Below are positions 50,571 to 63,932 of a stretch of DNA of 64,000 nt, in pieces. Origin of the DNA: Felis catus (taxonomy: Eukaryota). The DNA is taken from assembly GCF_018350175.1 (NCBI RefSeq), contig NC_058373.1:107634001-107698000 (forward strand). The letters run 5' to 3'. The notes beneath the pieces are model-generated. The model ran no database searches. It was not told the origin of the DNA and saw only the letters and a list, made by a program, of their open reading frames with translations. The position numbers and the translations under genes were made by a program. Positions within the stretch are counted from its first letter, which is position 1; every line of letters begins with the position of its first letter.

Positions 50571-50795
50571 GGTGCCTGGGTGGCTCAGTTGGTTGAGCAT
50601 CTGACTCTTGGTTTTGGATTGGGTCACGATTTCACCATTGGTAAGTTCAAGCCCTGTGTTGGGCTCTGCATTGACACTTCAGAGCCTGCTTGGGATTCTC
50701 TCTCTCTCTCCCTCCTTCTCTCTCTGCCCCATACCCCACTTGTTCTCTGTCTCTCAATGAGAATCAAAAAATACACTTAAAAGAATTTTAAAAAA
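50571..50795 (+). mobile_element. Can-SINE, older type
   Basis: TSD TCTTTTTGGTGTGA ending at 50570 and 50810. Confidence 0.93.
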
Positions 50796-52299
50796 GTCTT
50801 TTTGGTGTGATAATAAAACAGACAGTAGGAACTTTCTTTTGGTTTATATGCCTAATAGATGCTTTCTACCCATTTACTTTCAACCTTTCTTTATGAATCT
50901 CTATAAACAGCATATACCTGGATTTGCTTTTTACATTTATTTTGACTACCAACATATTTAGTTTTATTTTCATCACCTTATTCTGTGCCTATTTGTCCTG
51001 TCTTCTCTGTTACTTTATTTTCCCTCTTAATTACCTTATGTTTGGATTGAGTTTATATCCTTTAGATTTCTCCTTGAATGGGAATTCTTTTGTATTAAAC
51101 TCTTCATTTTTGTTTATCTGAAAGTGTTTTCTTTTCATACTTGGTTTTGATAGATAGGTTCTCTGGGTATAAAAATTTTAGATTGACTTATTTTTTTCCT
51201 GCACATTAACAATATTATTCCAGTGTCTTTTGCCTTTCATTTTACTGCTGAGCACTACTTGCTCCATTTTATTTGTTCTGTCTTTTTTCTTCAGATGTTT
51301 TACAACTTATGTCTTTGGTTTCATTATGATGTGTCTAGATACATTTTTCTAGTCATTTATCTTAATCAAGATTCCCTGGATTCCTGGGTATCAGATTTGA
51401 GATTTTCTTCGGTAGTTATTGAAATAATTAGAACTCCCATTAGACTTACGGTAGACTCTCAATTTATCCTTATGTTTCTTGGCCACTTTTTCATATTTCC
51501 TATTTTGCATGTGTGCCCTTGGACAAACTTCTGGATTTCATCAAACCCTTTTTCCAGTTTACAAATTCTCTTTTTGTGTCTTTAATCTGCTAGTGAACAT
51601 GTGTACTAAATTTTTCATTTCTAGAAATTCCATTTTTATAATTCCCTGTTCTTTGCTTATATTTTCAGTTCTAGTATTTCTTAAAACATATTAAATCTAT
51701 TTTATACTCTGTATCTAATCACTTGAGCACCTGAAGTGTCCCTAGGTCTAATTATGCTGACCCTCATTCATGGTTCTCTGTTTACCTGTTTTGTGATTTG
51801 TGCTGTGAGTTTATGTTCTCAGTACTTTTTCTGTAGGAATTCTTTAAAACCTGAGTTGTGGTTGACAAATCCCTAAAAGATCTGTGATTGCTTTTGTCAA
51901 TTGCCTAGGGGAAATTACAACTTGGAATTACTTTTAATTAAATTCTCCACTTGCAGTTTTTAGCCCACAGAGATACTATATATTCTGGTCATAAACCTAT
52001 ATGAAGACTAATTCCATTGGTACCAAGTTTCCTTGATATCCCCCTCAACACAATGGGCTTACTTCTAAGTCTACTCTAATTCAGATGTGGCTCATTGCAA
52101 TCCTGGCTTTATCTGAAAGTCTTCTATTTGATTCCTCACATTGGTTGGTCCTGGACTTTATCTCCTATCTGATGTCCTGAGTAGTCATCATAATAAAAGC
52201 CCAAGGTCACCAGAGTTTGACAGATAGCCTCCCAGAGTTCCTGCTTTCAGTACATTTTTGGCCTCTGCAGATTCATTACTTTCCTTTAGTTCAGAAAGC

Positions 52300-52480
52300 T
52301 TTTCTTTTTGAGAGAGTGCTAGCAGGGGAGAGGGGCAGAGGGGAGGGAGAGAGAGAATCTTAAGCAGGCTCCATGCTCAGCACAGAGTCTGACTCAGGGC
52401 CCACTCTCACAACTGTGAAATCATGACCTGAGCCAAAATCAAGTGTCAGACACTTAATGCACTGAGCCACCCAGGTGCCC
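52300..52480 (-). mobile_element. Can-SINE, older type
   Basis: GAATCTTAAGCAGGCTCC...CTGAGCCACCCAGGTGCCC. Confidence 0.92.
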
Positions 52481-52716
52481 TTAGCTTAGGAAATAATTTA
52501 AAAACACTGTTTAAATCATAATTTTTTAATACTTCAGAAGTGATTTTCAGACTATCTAGTTGACCATATTTCTAGAAAGGGAAGGAAGGCATTTGTATAT
52601 TCTCTGTATTACCAGGTTTTAAGCTCCTTGAGGGAGAATCTTTCTTGTCAGCTTTTGTATCTTGTCTTCCATGAGTATCATCCATGGTCCCTAACACGTA
52701 TTAAACAATTAGATGC

Positions 52717-53189
52717 TGTGATAGTTAATTTTATGTGTCAATTTCACAAAGCTATGGTGACAGGTCATTTGGTCCAACACCTATTTAGATGTTGCTGTTG
52801 AGATATTTTTGAAGATGTGATTACCATTTACAATCAATAGACTTTAAGTGAAATAGATTGCCCTCCATAATGTGGGGTGGGTCTTATCAATCAGTTGGAG
52901 GCCTTAAGAGCAAAAGGTTGAGGTTTCCCAGAGAAGAGTACATTTGGCTTCAAGACTGCAACATAGAAACCCTGCCTGATTTTCCAGCCTGCTGGCTTGT
53001 CCTGTGGATTTCAGACTCAGAGTTGCAACATCAGTTCTTACCTAAACTTCCATACTGCCAGCTTGCCTGGTAGAGTTCAGATTTATTATCCCAAGAATTG
53101 TGTGAGCCAGTTCTTTAAAATAAATCTTTCTCTCTCTATATAAACATATCCTATTGGTTCTGTTTCTCTGGAGAATCCTAACTAATACA
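52717..53189 (+). mobile_element. MLT2-type (ERVL) solo LTR inserted in an L2 3' end
   Basis: TGTGATAGTTAATTTTATGTGTCAA...CCTATTGGTTCTGTTTCTCTGGAGAATCCTAACTAATACA; 5-bp TSD GATGC/GATGT. Confidence 0.92.
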
Positions 53190-53885
53190 GATGTTCAACA
53201 AATATTTATAAATATCTATTAGATAAGCATATTTAAGAACAAAAGGTATTTATTAAGTGCCTGTCATTTAATTGTCTGATTTATCAAAGCTTCTGTGCTA
53301 AAGTTTGCCTCCCTTTTTGGACTTGCCCTTTTTAATAAAAGAGTATAATTCTATTTCAGCTATATTCCACTTTCCATTTAGCAGTAAAGCTTTGGGAGAT
53401 ATTCCAGATTCATATTCTGTTCCTCAACCTGTGATCAGTTTTGTGTGACATAGGAGACCTTTAAGCCAGTCCAGAATTGAGAATGCTACTCAGGATTGGT
53501 ACAGGTTTTAAGAGACATCTGAGAGAACCACCAGGGCCTCTGGGACTATGCGATCTACTCTGTCCAAGGTCACGGCAGCATGTTCTTGGCAGATTTCGCA
53601 CACCCTGCTGGCCAATAAAATGTACGGCTCAGGATTGGAAGCATTTCTGGGCTCTCTCTCTCCCTATTTATTTTGTGATCCAAATCCTAGGTACCTTTTG
53701 TTGTCAGGTTGACAAAGAAACCTGGAGATTAAAAAAAATTAGACAAATCAAAGGTTATCAAACAAATAAGAAGCAGCAGTAGGCAGAAGGAGACATTTGC
53801 TTCTTCTGAAGGGTGGAGAGCCTAGCAAATTCTACCTTTACTTCTCCAAGTTCATAATTCATGTTTACACCCTCACTGCAAAGCT

Positions 53886-53939
53886 GCTTCAAAGAAGGTG
53901 GGCTTCAAAGAACCCTTCAGGCTTCAAAGAAGGTGGGCT
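53886..53939. repeat. Local microduplication of GCTTCAAAGAA(GGTGGGCT)
   Basis: 19-bp copies at 53886-53904 and 53921-53939; 11-bp copy at 53902-53912. Confidence 0.9.
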
Positions 53940-54090
53940 GCCAAAGGGCAGCTTCTTGAGACGTTATCACAGATAGTTTGAAGAGGCTCAATGGTGAAAA
54001 ATGAAAACTTTCAGTTGTTTTGTGCAGCCATGTGTTAGAAAATTAAGATAATTTTTAAAAATCATAATTCATTTAGTATGGCTGTTTCTC

Positions 54091-54614
54091 CATGGGAAAG
54101 GCTTGCGGCCAGGCTAAGTAAGAAAGTTATTCTGGCATTTAAAAGTATGAAACTCTTCCAAGTGGAATGTTGTGGTCGGGGATGCTTCTTTCAAGAACTG
54201 CATCCAGGGGCGGCTACCTGAGCACATGCATTTGTAAAAATTCATCAGGCTGTGCACTTAAGGTTTGTGCCCTTTACCAAAAGTGAACGGTACAGCTGTA
54301 ACTCATTTAAAAGAAAAGAAAGGAAAAGAACCTCACTGTAGTGTAGAGGATGGAATGGTGCTGAGTCCATCTTTTGAATTCCCATTAGCACTTAGAGAAG
54401 CAGTCTGGGGTCTTCCTAGTTCAGCTTCTCCACTTACTGCTTCCACATGTCTGCCTGACCTCGCCGCAATATCACCTTGACCACAACGGGAACATCATCG
54501 CCTTTCCTCTTGCCACTAACTAATGGTAATTCCACTAGAATCTTCTTGACGGGCATGGGAAAGTCTTGTGGCCAGGCGTGGGGAGAAGTAATTCTGGCAT
54601 TTAAAAGAATGAAA
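54091..54614. repeat. Diverged ~62-bp direct repeat (54091-54152 and 54554-54614)
   Basis: Both copies read CATGGGAAAG.CTTG.GGCCAGGC...AAGT.ATTCTGGCATTTAAAAG.ATGAAA. Confidence 0.85.
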
Positions 54615-56135
54615 ACATTGCTCTTGTACTGTGATCACAGATGTGCCCTCCACATGTACAGAGCCGACTCAAATCTTGGCCAGGATCTTTGACAAGCAAC
54701 TTCTTCAAAAATCCCTCTTCCACTTTTTAAAAGAAGTCCTGTTTTATAAGTTTCCAAACTTCAATCAAGCTAGAACAGATATTGTAAACCTCATGCAAAG
54801 GCAAATATAGGGCCTGCCTTGGAGTCATATGAAGACTGAATTTTGATTTCTATCTCCTGTTCATTTCTCTGGCATAACTAATGTTGTGTTTATGGTCAAC
54901 AGACGTGAATGCGGAACTACTCTGAACCGGGACGTTTCAGTCCTCAACATGCTTACCCTGCTCTCTTTCATTTCTGTTCTCTAGTTCCATCAAATTCATA
55001 GAAGCATTATCTACTGGAAAATGAAGTTAAAACAGACTGGATTCTCTCCAAAAAGCAAACGTTGAAATATTTGCTAAAGGGAGGGAAAATACATCTACCT
55101 CACTCATCACCATCATCTTCCCATCTGTCTGCTCTCTTTCGTCCTCTCTCCTCATCCTCAAACCCCAGACTGTCTTCTTCAACCCTGTGTAGTGCAGATA
55201 CGCTTCAGGGAAGAAAAACCAACAAACAGGAAACAGGAAGCATGGCTGAGCAACATGCATGCCCCTCGCCAGCCCTTCATCACCTTGTAGATTTAGGTAA
55301 AACATCCCTCACTGTTGGAATGATAAGCCTTGTTAAGTAAATGAATACATTTGCCAGATTGATGGGCACCAAATGAATGCTTTTTTACATTCCAAAAAAT
55401 TCACCAGACTGGTTGTTATCAGTGTAGCTTCAAAATGCAGTGTTCTCCTGTTCCACCCACCCGAATTTCAAAGGGGAAAAAAAAGCAAGAGTGGAAGCAA
55501 AACATATACAGACATAATTTGTGGCTTAAAAAAAAGTCTTAAAAAATTTTTAGTTGAACCTTGGCTTTTGTCTCTGAGCCCTCAGGGGAAAAATGTGAGC
55601 TTGTTTCCTCACTGAAAAAATATCATAGCACTTGACAGGCTGGATTCTTTGATCCTCAAATGTTGCAGTGATTTCTCCAGTGCCCCCTTACACTCCATTC
55701 CTCCTCACCGCCCCCACCCTCCAACTGTGGCTTTGTAACCCGATGCTCCATAAAGAGCATTTCCACAAGAGCATTAAGACATGTCCTCACTTAATATTAA
55801 ACCTGTCCCCCCCACCATCGCCCTCCCCCTCTTCCCAAGCACAGTCCCCTCCCAAGGCTTCCACCATGACGTTTGGCTGGCAGGAGAAGCTGGCTCAGCT
55901 GTTTTGAATTAGGGGCAATGGGAGGCTTCCTTGTAATATATGACTTAATCAGTGTCCCTGAAGTAAACAGTCCAAACTGAGTCTGGAAATGACCTGAAAT
56001 TGGACTTCAGAAACCTCCTTTTGCTTTGGAACTGAGAAGGAATTTGAGTCTCTCATAGGTGTGTTATTGGTTATCGAGAGCAGATGGATAGCTGTCCTTG
56101 GACGCCCCATAGCCATGTGGTGGTTGTGTACTATG

Positions 56136-56238
56136 AGAGTTGCCAGGTAAAATAGAGGATTCTCAGTTAAGTTTAAATTTCAGATAAGCAACAAATAATA
56201 TTTCCGTGTCAATATCCCAAATATTGCATGGCAACCAT
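56136..56238. mobile_element. MER53-like hAT MITE, internally deleted
   Basis: GTTGCCAGGTAAAATAGAGG...AATTTCAGATAAGCAACAAATAAT...CCCAAATATTGCATGGCAACC. Confidence 0.75.
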
Positions 56239-59200
56239 AATATTGTTGGTGCTCTGGGAGTAAAGGAGCCATGGTGTGCTTCGTCTTACCTCTTTCCCAC
56301 TGAGGCAAGGGCAGTAAGCTTCTGTAAGGCTCCATCTGAAAACCTTGGGTCATTTCTGTTTCTACTGGTCCATAATTCCTCCTTAACACCAGTTTCCTGT
56401 CCTTCTTCCCTAGGTGAGGAGTTAGGGCTAGCCTCATGAGTCAGCAGAGAAGTCGCTGCCTATAAGTCACCATCCCAGATGCTTAAAATGTTTATTATAG
56501 GGATCCGTGCTGTATTTCAGACACTTATTACTCAACCAGTTGCATTACTTGATGTCACTCAAAAGAATTATTACCCACAATGAAATAAAAAATAGAAACA
56601 TACAAAATGAACTCTTGAATTGCTACAACTTCCTCTCATTTGAACAACGGAGAGAATTGTGTCATAGTTTTCAATTTTATAATGAAGCTTCTTTATAGGT
56701 CATATGTGTCGTTGTTTAGGGTCCACATAAAAATGGCTTATGAGGAATGAGGTAGAGATGTTAGAGCTGCTTTGTCTTAAGATTGAAAAAGGGGTCAGGA
56801 GACTCAGGGAGGTGGTGATGTTAGGATAGATTTCCTACGTAGGACTTGAGAAGCTGCCAGCTGACTTTGTCACTTGGGAGGGCTCAGAGTACATTCTTTC
56901 CCCTAAGGGAATAAGCAATGTACTGGTGCAGGGACATCAGTATTTTTTTTTTTTTTTTTTAGCTCAGTGGTTAGTGTTGGGAGATGCTGCCATGGTCCTA
57001 CAGAACCCCTGGAAAGGCACAGTCCTGGGCTCCCCGCTATCCCTCTTTTCTCCTAAACCAAATTACTCTTATAGCAAACTCCAACTGCCTGTCACACAGA
57101 CCCCTGCCCCCTAAAATGGCTATGCAATCAGTGAATGCTCCTGATTGTTCCCCCTCTAAGAATGCCTCCTCTGCCAGGAGGCACAGTCCTGCAAAGAGGT
57201 GTACACCCAAGAGGGAAACTTTTTTGATCTTCCCCAGACAGAGATCTAGCTAGTGGCCTCAACAGGAGGGAAAAATACTCAAAGCTTATGTGATTGAGTA
57301 AAGAAAGAGACACCCTGAATTATCTCTCATGCCAGTTAGGAAGGGCCGGGCATTTGAAGATTAATGAGATTTATCAAGAAATGCGACCAGGTAGACCAGG
57401 TAATGGGGGAGGCCATACAATCACCAGAAGCTGATGCTGTGAGGGTGACAGAACAGGTAAGATTTGCAAGAGCCAACAACAAGGGAGCCAAGAGAGAGAG
57501 TCATGGTGCAGAACACCAAAGACAAAGAAGAGCCTGACGGGGAAGAACTAACTGCCCAGAAAATATAATAAGACAAGGCAAGGGAGGAAATTGTTCAGAT
57601 GGTGCAGGCAACCTGCTTGCCTGGAAAATCCATAAGGAGAGAGTAGATATATTAGCATCATCAACACAGGGGGCAAAAACAGTTAGGTAGAAAGAAATAC
57701 TACAATAGTATGAGAAAAGGAGGGAAAGAAAAGGATTAAAATGAAAAAGGAAAACAAAGCAAGCAAAAATACAGAATTTAAAATTTTATTTTTATTTATT
57801 CCTGTTCCCACATTTTATTATATTTCCCTGGCAGACATCCCACACTCTGGCAAGTCTGGGGGAAAGGGAGGGGTTGGCAGAATAATGTTGCTTTGGGGAT
57901 TTGAATCTTATTACTTGGTGCTGTTAGTGTTGGGCAGACATTTATAAAAATTACATGCCGGGTGGCAGGTCATTTTTTTAAAAAAACGGATCTTGAGCTT
58001 TAAATGTAGGACAAAGGTGAGGCTTTTAGAAATGAAGGAAAATAGGATGGAGGCAAAGAAAAGGTGTGAGTCCGGCAGCAGCTGAAAAACTCAGCAGTTA
58101 CCAAGAATGAGAGAAACCCAGCTTCCAGACCCCTAATGGACCAGAGACACTTATTTCCTAGAACTTGTTTTTTTGGATGCTTACTTCTCTAGGGATTTTC
58201 CATTAAATTAACACCATTAGCCACGAGCTTAGACAAAATCACATGGATTGTGTTTGGATGTTAGATACTGTCATGATTAGCTCTGCTTTTCAAGTTTTTA
58301 TGATTGTTTGAAGTCTCTCTTTCTATTTTCCCTCATCTTCTGCTCAGGAAAACTTTGGCACATCTCCCTTCCCCCACGTGCCTGCCCACCATTCTCCTCT
58401 CCCCTTCCCTCCTTTGAGAAGAATGGAGGCGTGTTAGGGCGCCACCTATCTGCCATCTGGGCTGCCGCCGCCCACATTCCTCCCACATTGATTCTGTCTC
58501 AGGTTAGGACCTCGTGTTCCAGTGGAGAACCTCACTGCCTGCCACAGGGGGGCCTCTGCAGTAGCTTCCGGCCCTCTTGCTCTTCAGGAGCGCGGCATCC
58601 AGCATCCTTCCTCCAAACCAGGCTCTCTAGGCTCCCCTCCTCTTCTTTCTTGCGGCAGCCTCTCTTCGGATCATTTTCTAGGACATCCACCCATTGGGAG
58701 AAGGAGGGATTTCAGGTTCCTAATTCCCCAGGTGACTTTTTGCTAAAAGGTAGCTTGGGAGAATATTTACAATCCAAATGGTCCGCAGAGATTGTCTTCT
58801 GGTACCATGCCCTTATTAGCTAAGAGTTCTCTGGAGTCTAAGCTGGGAGGTGGAGGCGGCCCAAAGTGCTCCCAGCACTGTCTGGTCTTGCCTTGGTCCC
58901 AACAAAGTGCTGATGCTGCCTTCTGAAAAGTAGATTCTGTAAGGTGATATTTTCTCCTTTTCTAATCTCAGAAAAGTTGTCAGACTGGTTCTGAGTCTCC
59001 CCATAGGTAGAGCTCTTTGGTACACAATTTGATGTGTGGGGTTGTGTTTTAAGTATTAAATTATGTATCCAGGACAATTGAAAAAGATTTTCACAGGGGA
59101 CTATCTTTGAAATGGTTCTCTGTTGCTTAGCATCTCACTTTAGTCCGGTCATCCCTATTAGACTGTGTGCATTTTTGTATGTGTTCACCATGGTACTGAT

Positions 59201-60894
59201 CAGAGAAGCATTTTCATGGGTAGTAACCTCGTGTGTATTTCTTTTCACCATGTTTTAAGACAATAAATGGCATTTTACTTCAAAACCCACTCATACACAT
59301 GGACTTGGAGAGATACAGACTAGACTCATATTTCCTGTATTAAAAATACTTGCACAAAAACGCTGTTCTTTCTGGTTTATCAAACAAGCTAATGTGTCTC
59401 CCGAGAATTTTGAGTTCAGACATGAACAACTCTGTGAACTTTTTTGTGTGTGAATCATTTGAGCTTTGGATGGATTTCCTCATGGGGAGCTATGACTGCA
59501 TAAAATATTCTGCTCCTACCTGAAATGTTTCATGAGATGGTCTTTCAGCAAAGACTGTTAGTTTTGCAACGGATAAGCAGTGTTTGAGAAAATAAACTCT
59601 GCATGGACAAAAAGCTTTCAGCTTCTTGCATATATTCTGTCTTCTCAGAAGACCAAAGTGCTCTCATGAGCTCGTGAAATTTGAACCTCAAAGGTTCAGC
59701 TAATTGAGCTATTCCTGTTTCCACATTTTATTCCCAGTGGCTAGTTTCACACCCATAACATTTAGGAGACCTGGAAAGCCTGGAAGGTATTTTCAGCCTG
59801 TTAGGACACCCTTGCTTTTTTTTCTTTAACTTTCAAAACTGAGCCAGTGATGCTCACTTTTTTTTGTTTTGCACCAGCCAGTCCAACTTAATCTTCTGAG
59901 ATCATCCAAGGGGATTTAAGCTCTGAAACTCAGTTCCCTTTAAACAAAGATATTCCATAGGCTTTTAGAAGTGGGAGGTTATTTAGTCTTACCCATTTAA
60001 AGAGTTTCAACACAGGAAGGGATCCAGGTAGAGGGAGAAAGAATCCTTACAAAACCGGGGAGACTTTATACACAGAAAGAAAAAAATTGTTTCAATCTTT
60101 AGATTTCAGACACCTTCCACCATCAAGTCCCGTAAAATGGCTGACATCAAAGGAACAAGAAGGGGGGGGTTGTGGGTTAAAGGTTTGACTTTTGGTTTGG
60201 GTTTAAAATAGAGTGACAGTGTTTCCCTGTGACCCATTTCTTTAGCTTTTAGACAGTCTAGAGTGTCTTGCCTTTGAGATCCCAGCTGAGATGAGCTTAG
60301 CACAATTTCCACTGCCTGCAGCCTACAACTTCATCTTTGGCTCCTACCATTTGGCCCAAGTTCAGCGTCTCTGCAACTCCTGCCCTCCTCCCCAGCCTCC
60401 TGGGAAGACTCTGTTGCCTGATCTTTATTGCTCTTTTCCCACACTCCATTATACAGCATGATATCTGCCTCTGAATTTATTTATTAGGACTCAGATCTAT
60501 AATATACAACCTTACCCTTCCTGTCTGACACAGTATCTATGCAGCAGAGCGAATGAGAGGCGCAGCCTGTCATAAACAGTCATAGAAAGTCAGCACCCAG
60601 AAAGGAAGGGCCAGAGGCTTGCAAAAGAGCTAACCCCCTGGAGGCCCCTCAGAGCCAAATTGCTTTTTCAAAACTTCACACTCACAATCCAACAGTCCAG
60701 ACGGGCAGCCACAAACAGTGCCTTGTGGGGGAGTGCATTTGCAACTGGCAACCTTATACCCACATGTCTGGCCCTCATTTAGTACACCCAGCTATATTTT
60801 TAAAAAATTAACATTTTGCCTAGTAAGCTTAATCTTTGTCATTGTTATTCTCATTCAATATGTTTAAGCAGCCTGCAGACCTAGAGCGTGTCTT

Positions 60895-61045
60895 TTTTTT
60901 TTCAAGCTAGTGAATACATGCACGTGTTCATAATTCAAAATGGTATAAAAAATCCATTGATAAATGTAACTCCCACACCTGACCCTGTGCCCTGACCCCT
61001 ATGTACAACCACTTTTATTAGTTCCTTATATATCCTTTCAGTGCC
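60895..61045 (-). mobile_element. Ancient L1 3' end (L1ME-like)
   Basis: AATACATGCACGTG...CAACCACTTTTATTAGTTCCTT. Confidence 0.55.
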
Positions 61046-61069
61046 CCTGTTTATTTTCACTTTCCACCT

Positions 61070-61640
61070 GTTTTTTTTAAATAAACTTTTTGTTTTAGAA
61101 TAGCTTTAGATTTACAGATACACTGCAAAGACAATGCTGAACGTTCTCATATACTCCCCAACCACACTATTGGTATCATCTTACGATATCGTGGTACATT
61201 CATCACAGTTGAGAAATGAACATTGGCGTGTTTCTACTAAAGTCCACACTTTCATCTTTCACTAGTTTTGCCACTAATTGTCCTTTTTTTCTGGTCCAGG
61301 ATCCCACCACACTGCATCCATCATCACGTCTTCTTCATCTCCTCTTGACTGTGACGGTTTCACAAATTTTGCGTGTTTTTGATGACTTTGACAGTCCGGA
61401 GGAATGCTGGGTTGGGTATTTTGTAGGATGTCTCACAGGTGGGGTTTGACTGATGTTTTTCTCATGATGAGACCGGGAGGTGTACTGCTACCATGACTTA
61501 AAGACTCTCGGTGTTGACCTTGGTCACCTGGTCGAGGTGATGTCTGCCAGGTTTCTCTACTGTGAAGTTATCTTTCCCCCCCTTTTCCACACTCAGCTCT
61601 TGGGAAGCAAGTGCTTAAGTGCAGCCATACGCCAGGGGGC
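61070..61640 (-). mobile_element. L1 3' end (L1MC-like)
   Basis: TTTTAGAATAGCTTTAGATTTACAG...TCTGGTCCAGGATCCCA...TCTGCCAGGTTTCTCTACTGTGAAGTTA. Confidence 0.85.
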
Positions 61641-63759
61641 CTACAGTGTTTCTTAATCTGTGTCTGGGAAATTGGCATCTTCCTCAGGAGCACCAAACCT
61701 TGCTCTAAGATGGTTCCTCTGAGTGGAGGCTCTAAAATCAGACCTTCTTAGCAGGATCTCACCTCCCAACAGGACTTGCACATTCTCAGAAGCACTGCAC
61801 ACACTACCATTACTGAACTTTCACTCTGTCATTTAATCATGCTTTTATAGGGACCCCCTGCATCAAGCCAGCTTTTACAAGGGTGAATACCATAGTGCTG
61901 TATGCACTAGGAAAATGCTCTCTCCATTCAATTTCAGTGGCTTTGCGTTAGATTTTGTTTCGATCTGAGTCCTGAAAAAGAATGGGTGGCTCACGGGATG
62001 GTCAGTAATTGCAGGGAAAACACACGCACGGGCTTATCATCGCGTGTGTGCTTTGTAGCTCTAGCTCTGGGGCTTCCTGCTGGGAAATAAAAATCTTTGA
62101 ACCTGTCGCTATTTTACCACTGCCTCCCACACTGTAGGCTTGGGAAATTCATTTTTGCCTCCCGACACTTCAGAATCGCCACCTGCCAAGTGGGGAGGAC
62201 AGCTCGAGGCCCCCGCAGAGCGCCTCACTAAACGCTCTGTAACCTGGATGAGGTGGACTTGAGTTGAGCAGCTCTTGACGTCAGAGATGGTGTGGCATAA
62301 AGACACAAAAGTCTCCTCGGTCTCCTATGAAACCTTCACAGGGCAAGGAGCGTGGGGCACGGTATAGAGCATTCACAAGCTCTCTGAGGTTCCGAGAGAG
62401 ACAATTCCACTTGCCTATGAGTAGGTATCGTCTGCTGGTACAGCTGCAATAACCTAAGAAGTGTCTTCTTTTTAAAATTCATCTTGTAAGAATAAACAAA
62501 TCAAAACAACCTACTGTGAAGAAAAACCATCAATGTTCTTGAAATAAACAAATGTAATTTCAAGAGTAGGAATGTTTTGAATGAGAAGCCAAATACCTAG
62601 GTCCACTGATACGATTTGTAGGACTGACTGCTAAAATGAAAATTCATTTTACCAGAGTCTGGCAGCTCCTTCAAGGCACTGCTAAAGATTCACCTCTGTT
62701 ACAGCACAGTTTCAACTGTGGTGAATTCTATTTACCATGTTAAGTTCTTGGTACTCACTCACTCTTTCAACCAACAAACATGTATTGGCTTCCACTCTGA
62801 GCCAGGCTCTGTGTTAGTTATTCATCCTAAAGAGCTGAAAAATATTATTCCAAGTGTCAGCAGTACCTTCATGACTCATTAAAATCTTTTAAATACATTT
62901 GCCCAAGACCAAAACATACATCTTCAAGCCAAAGATTATATTATTCCTTGGCCACACCCTTCATCAAACCACCTTTTCTCTTCCACAAGTGCCCTGGCCC
63001 CAAAGAGAGTCAGGAGAGGAAAGGTATTTGTGGGATGTTGTGGGTCAAATAAAAAGGATGTGACAAGTTGATGTGGATCTGTGATATTTCAATTGGTTTA
63101 TACCATGTTGGGGTGAAAGATAGATTTGTGTGGGGCAACCACATCATACTCTTCTTTGCTTTCCTTAATCACAAAAATGTGCTAGAAAACTGGATGTTGT
63201 GGATAGACAGTGAAATTATGTGGTTTCCACGAAGCATGGTGTTTGGCAGTTGTTGGCAGACAATGGTCATCTCTAAACTTCCGAGTTAGATTCTGAGTTC
63301 TCTTAATCATGTGGGCAAACATCTGGGCTTTTGGTCATTCCTGATAAAGGCTAAATATTATATCCAGGGCTTGTCCTGTATGCTGAATGAGCCATTGGCT
63401 AATAATGGGAAAGGCTCCCCTACCCAAGAATATTCTATACCCACTACGCTCTACACCATCCTATTGCCACTGTCCCCATCATCTTTCCCAGGCATCTTTG
63501 TCTATCACCACTAGTAAAAGTTCTAGAGAACTATATATTTACTGAGGTGGATACCATTGGTCCATAATCAGCCATTAGCAGACTAAATTTATTTGTCAGA
63601 TTAGCTTAGCCACCTCAGCAAGACCTAGATGGAATGAGAGAACAGTGATTTTTTTTTATTTTGAGGTCAGAGAAGAAAAATTAGAACAAAAAATATCTAG
63701 ATTGATAGGCAGCGTAGAATAATGGTTAATCATGTGATTCTGAGACCACTTGCTGTCAC

Positions 63760-63932
63760 TCTATGAGCTTCAGTTTCTATAACTTCTCTCTGCTTCCATT
63801 TCTTCATTTGTATAACAGAATGATAATAATGAGTCCCTCTATCAGAAAAGTGAAGCTGTGAGAAATAGATGACAACATTTTTAGGATAGTGCATAGGAAT
63901 GCTGACATTTAGCACGTGCTTAGTAACTATTA
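63760..63932 (+). mobile_element. MIR
   Basis: CTCTCTGCTTCCATTTCTTCATTTGTATAACAGAATGATAATA. Confidence 0.7.

Larger units (their letters stand above)
50405..52575 (-). mobile_element. Ancient L1M fragments (5'/ORF1 side) with two SINEs inserted
   Basis: Very T-rich; CCCATTTACTTTCAACCTTT and TTATCTGAAAGTGTTTTC motifs. Confidence 0.7.

Noticed and set aside
3564..50780. Recurrent short ORFs of the MAQSVK.PTSAQV...SLEPASDSVSPSLS type
   Set aside because: They are translations of Can-SINE bodies, not a gene family or repeat array.
58308..58823. 171-aa ORF
   Set aside because: Non-ATG start, Ser/Pro/Leu-biased from pyrimidine-rich DNA, no recognisable family or splice context.
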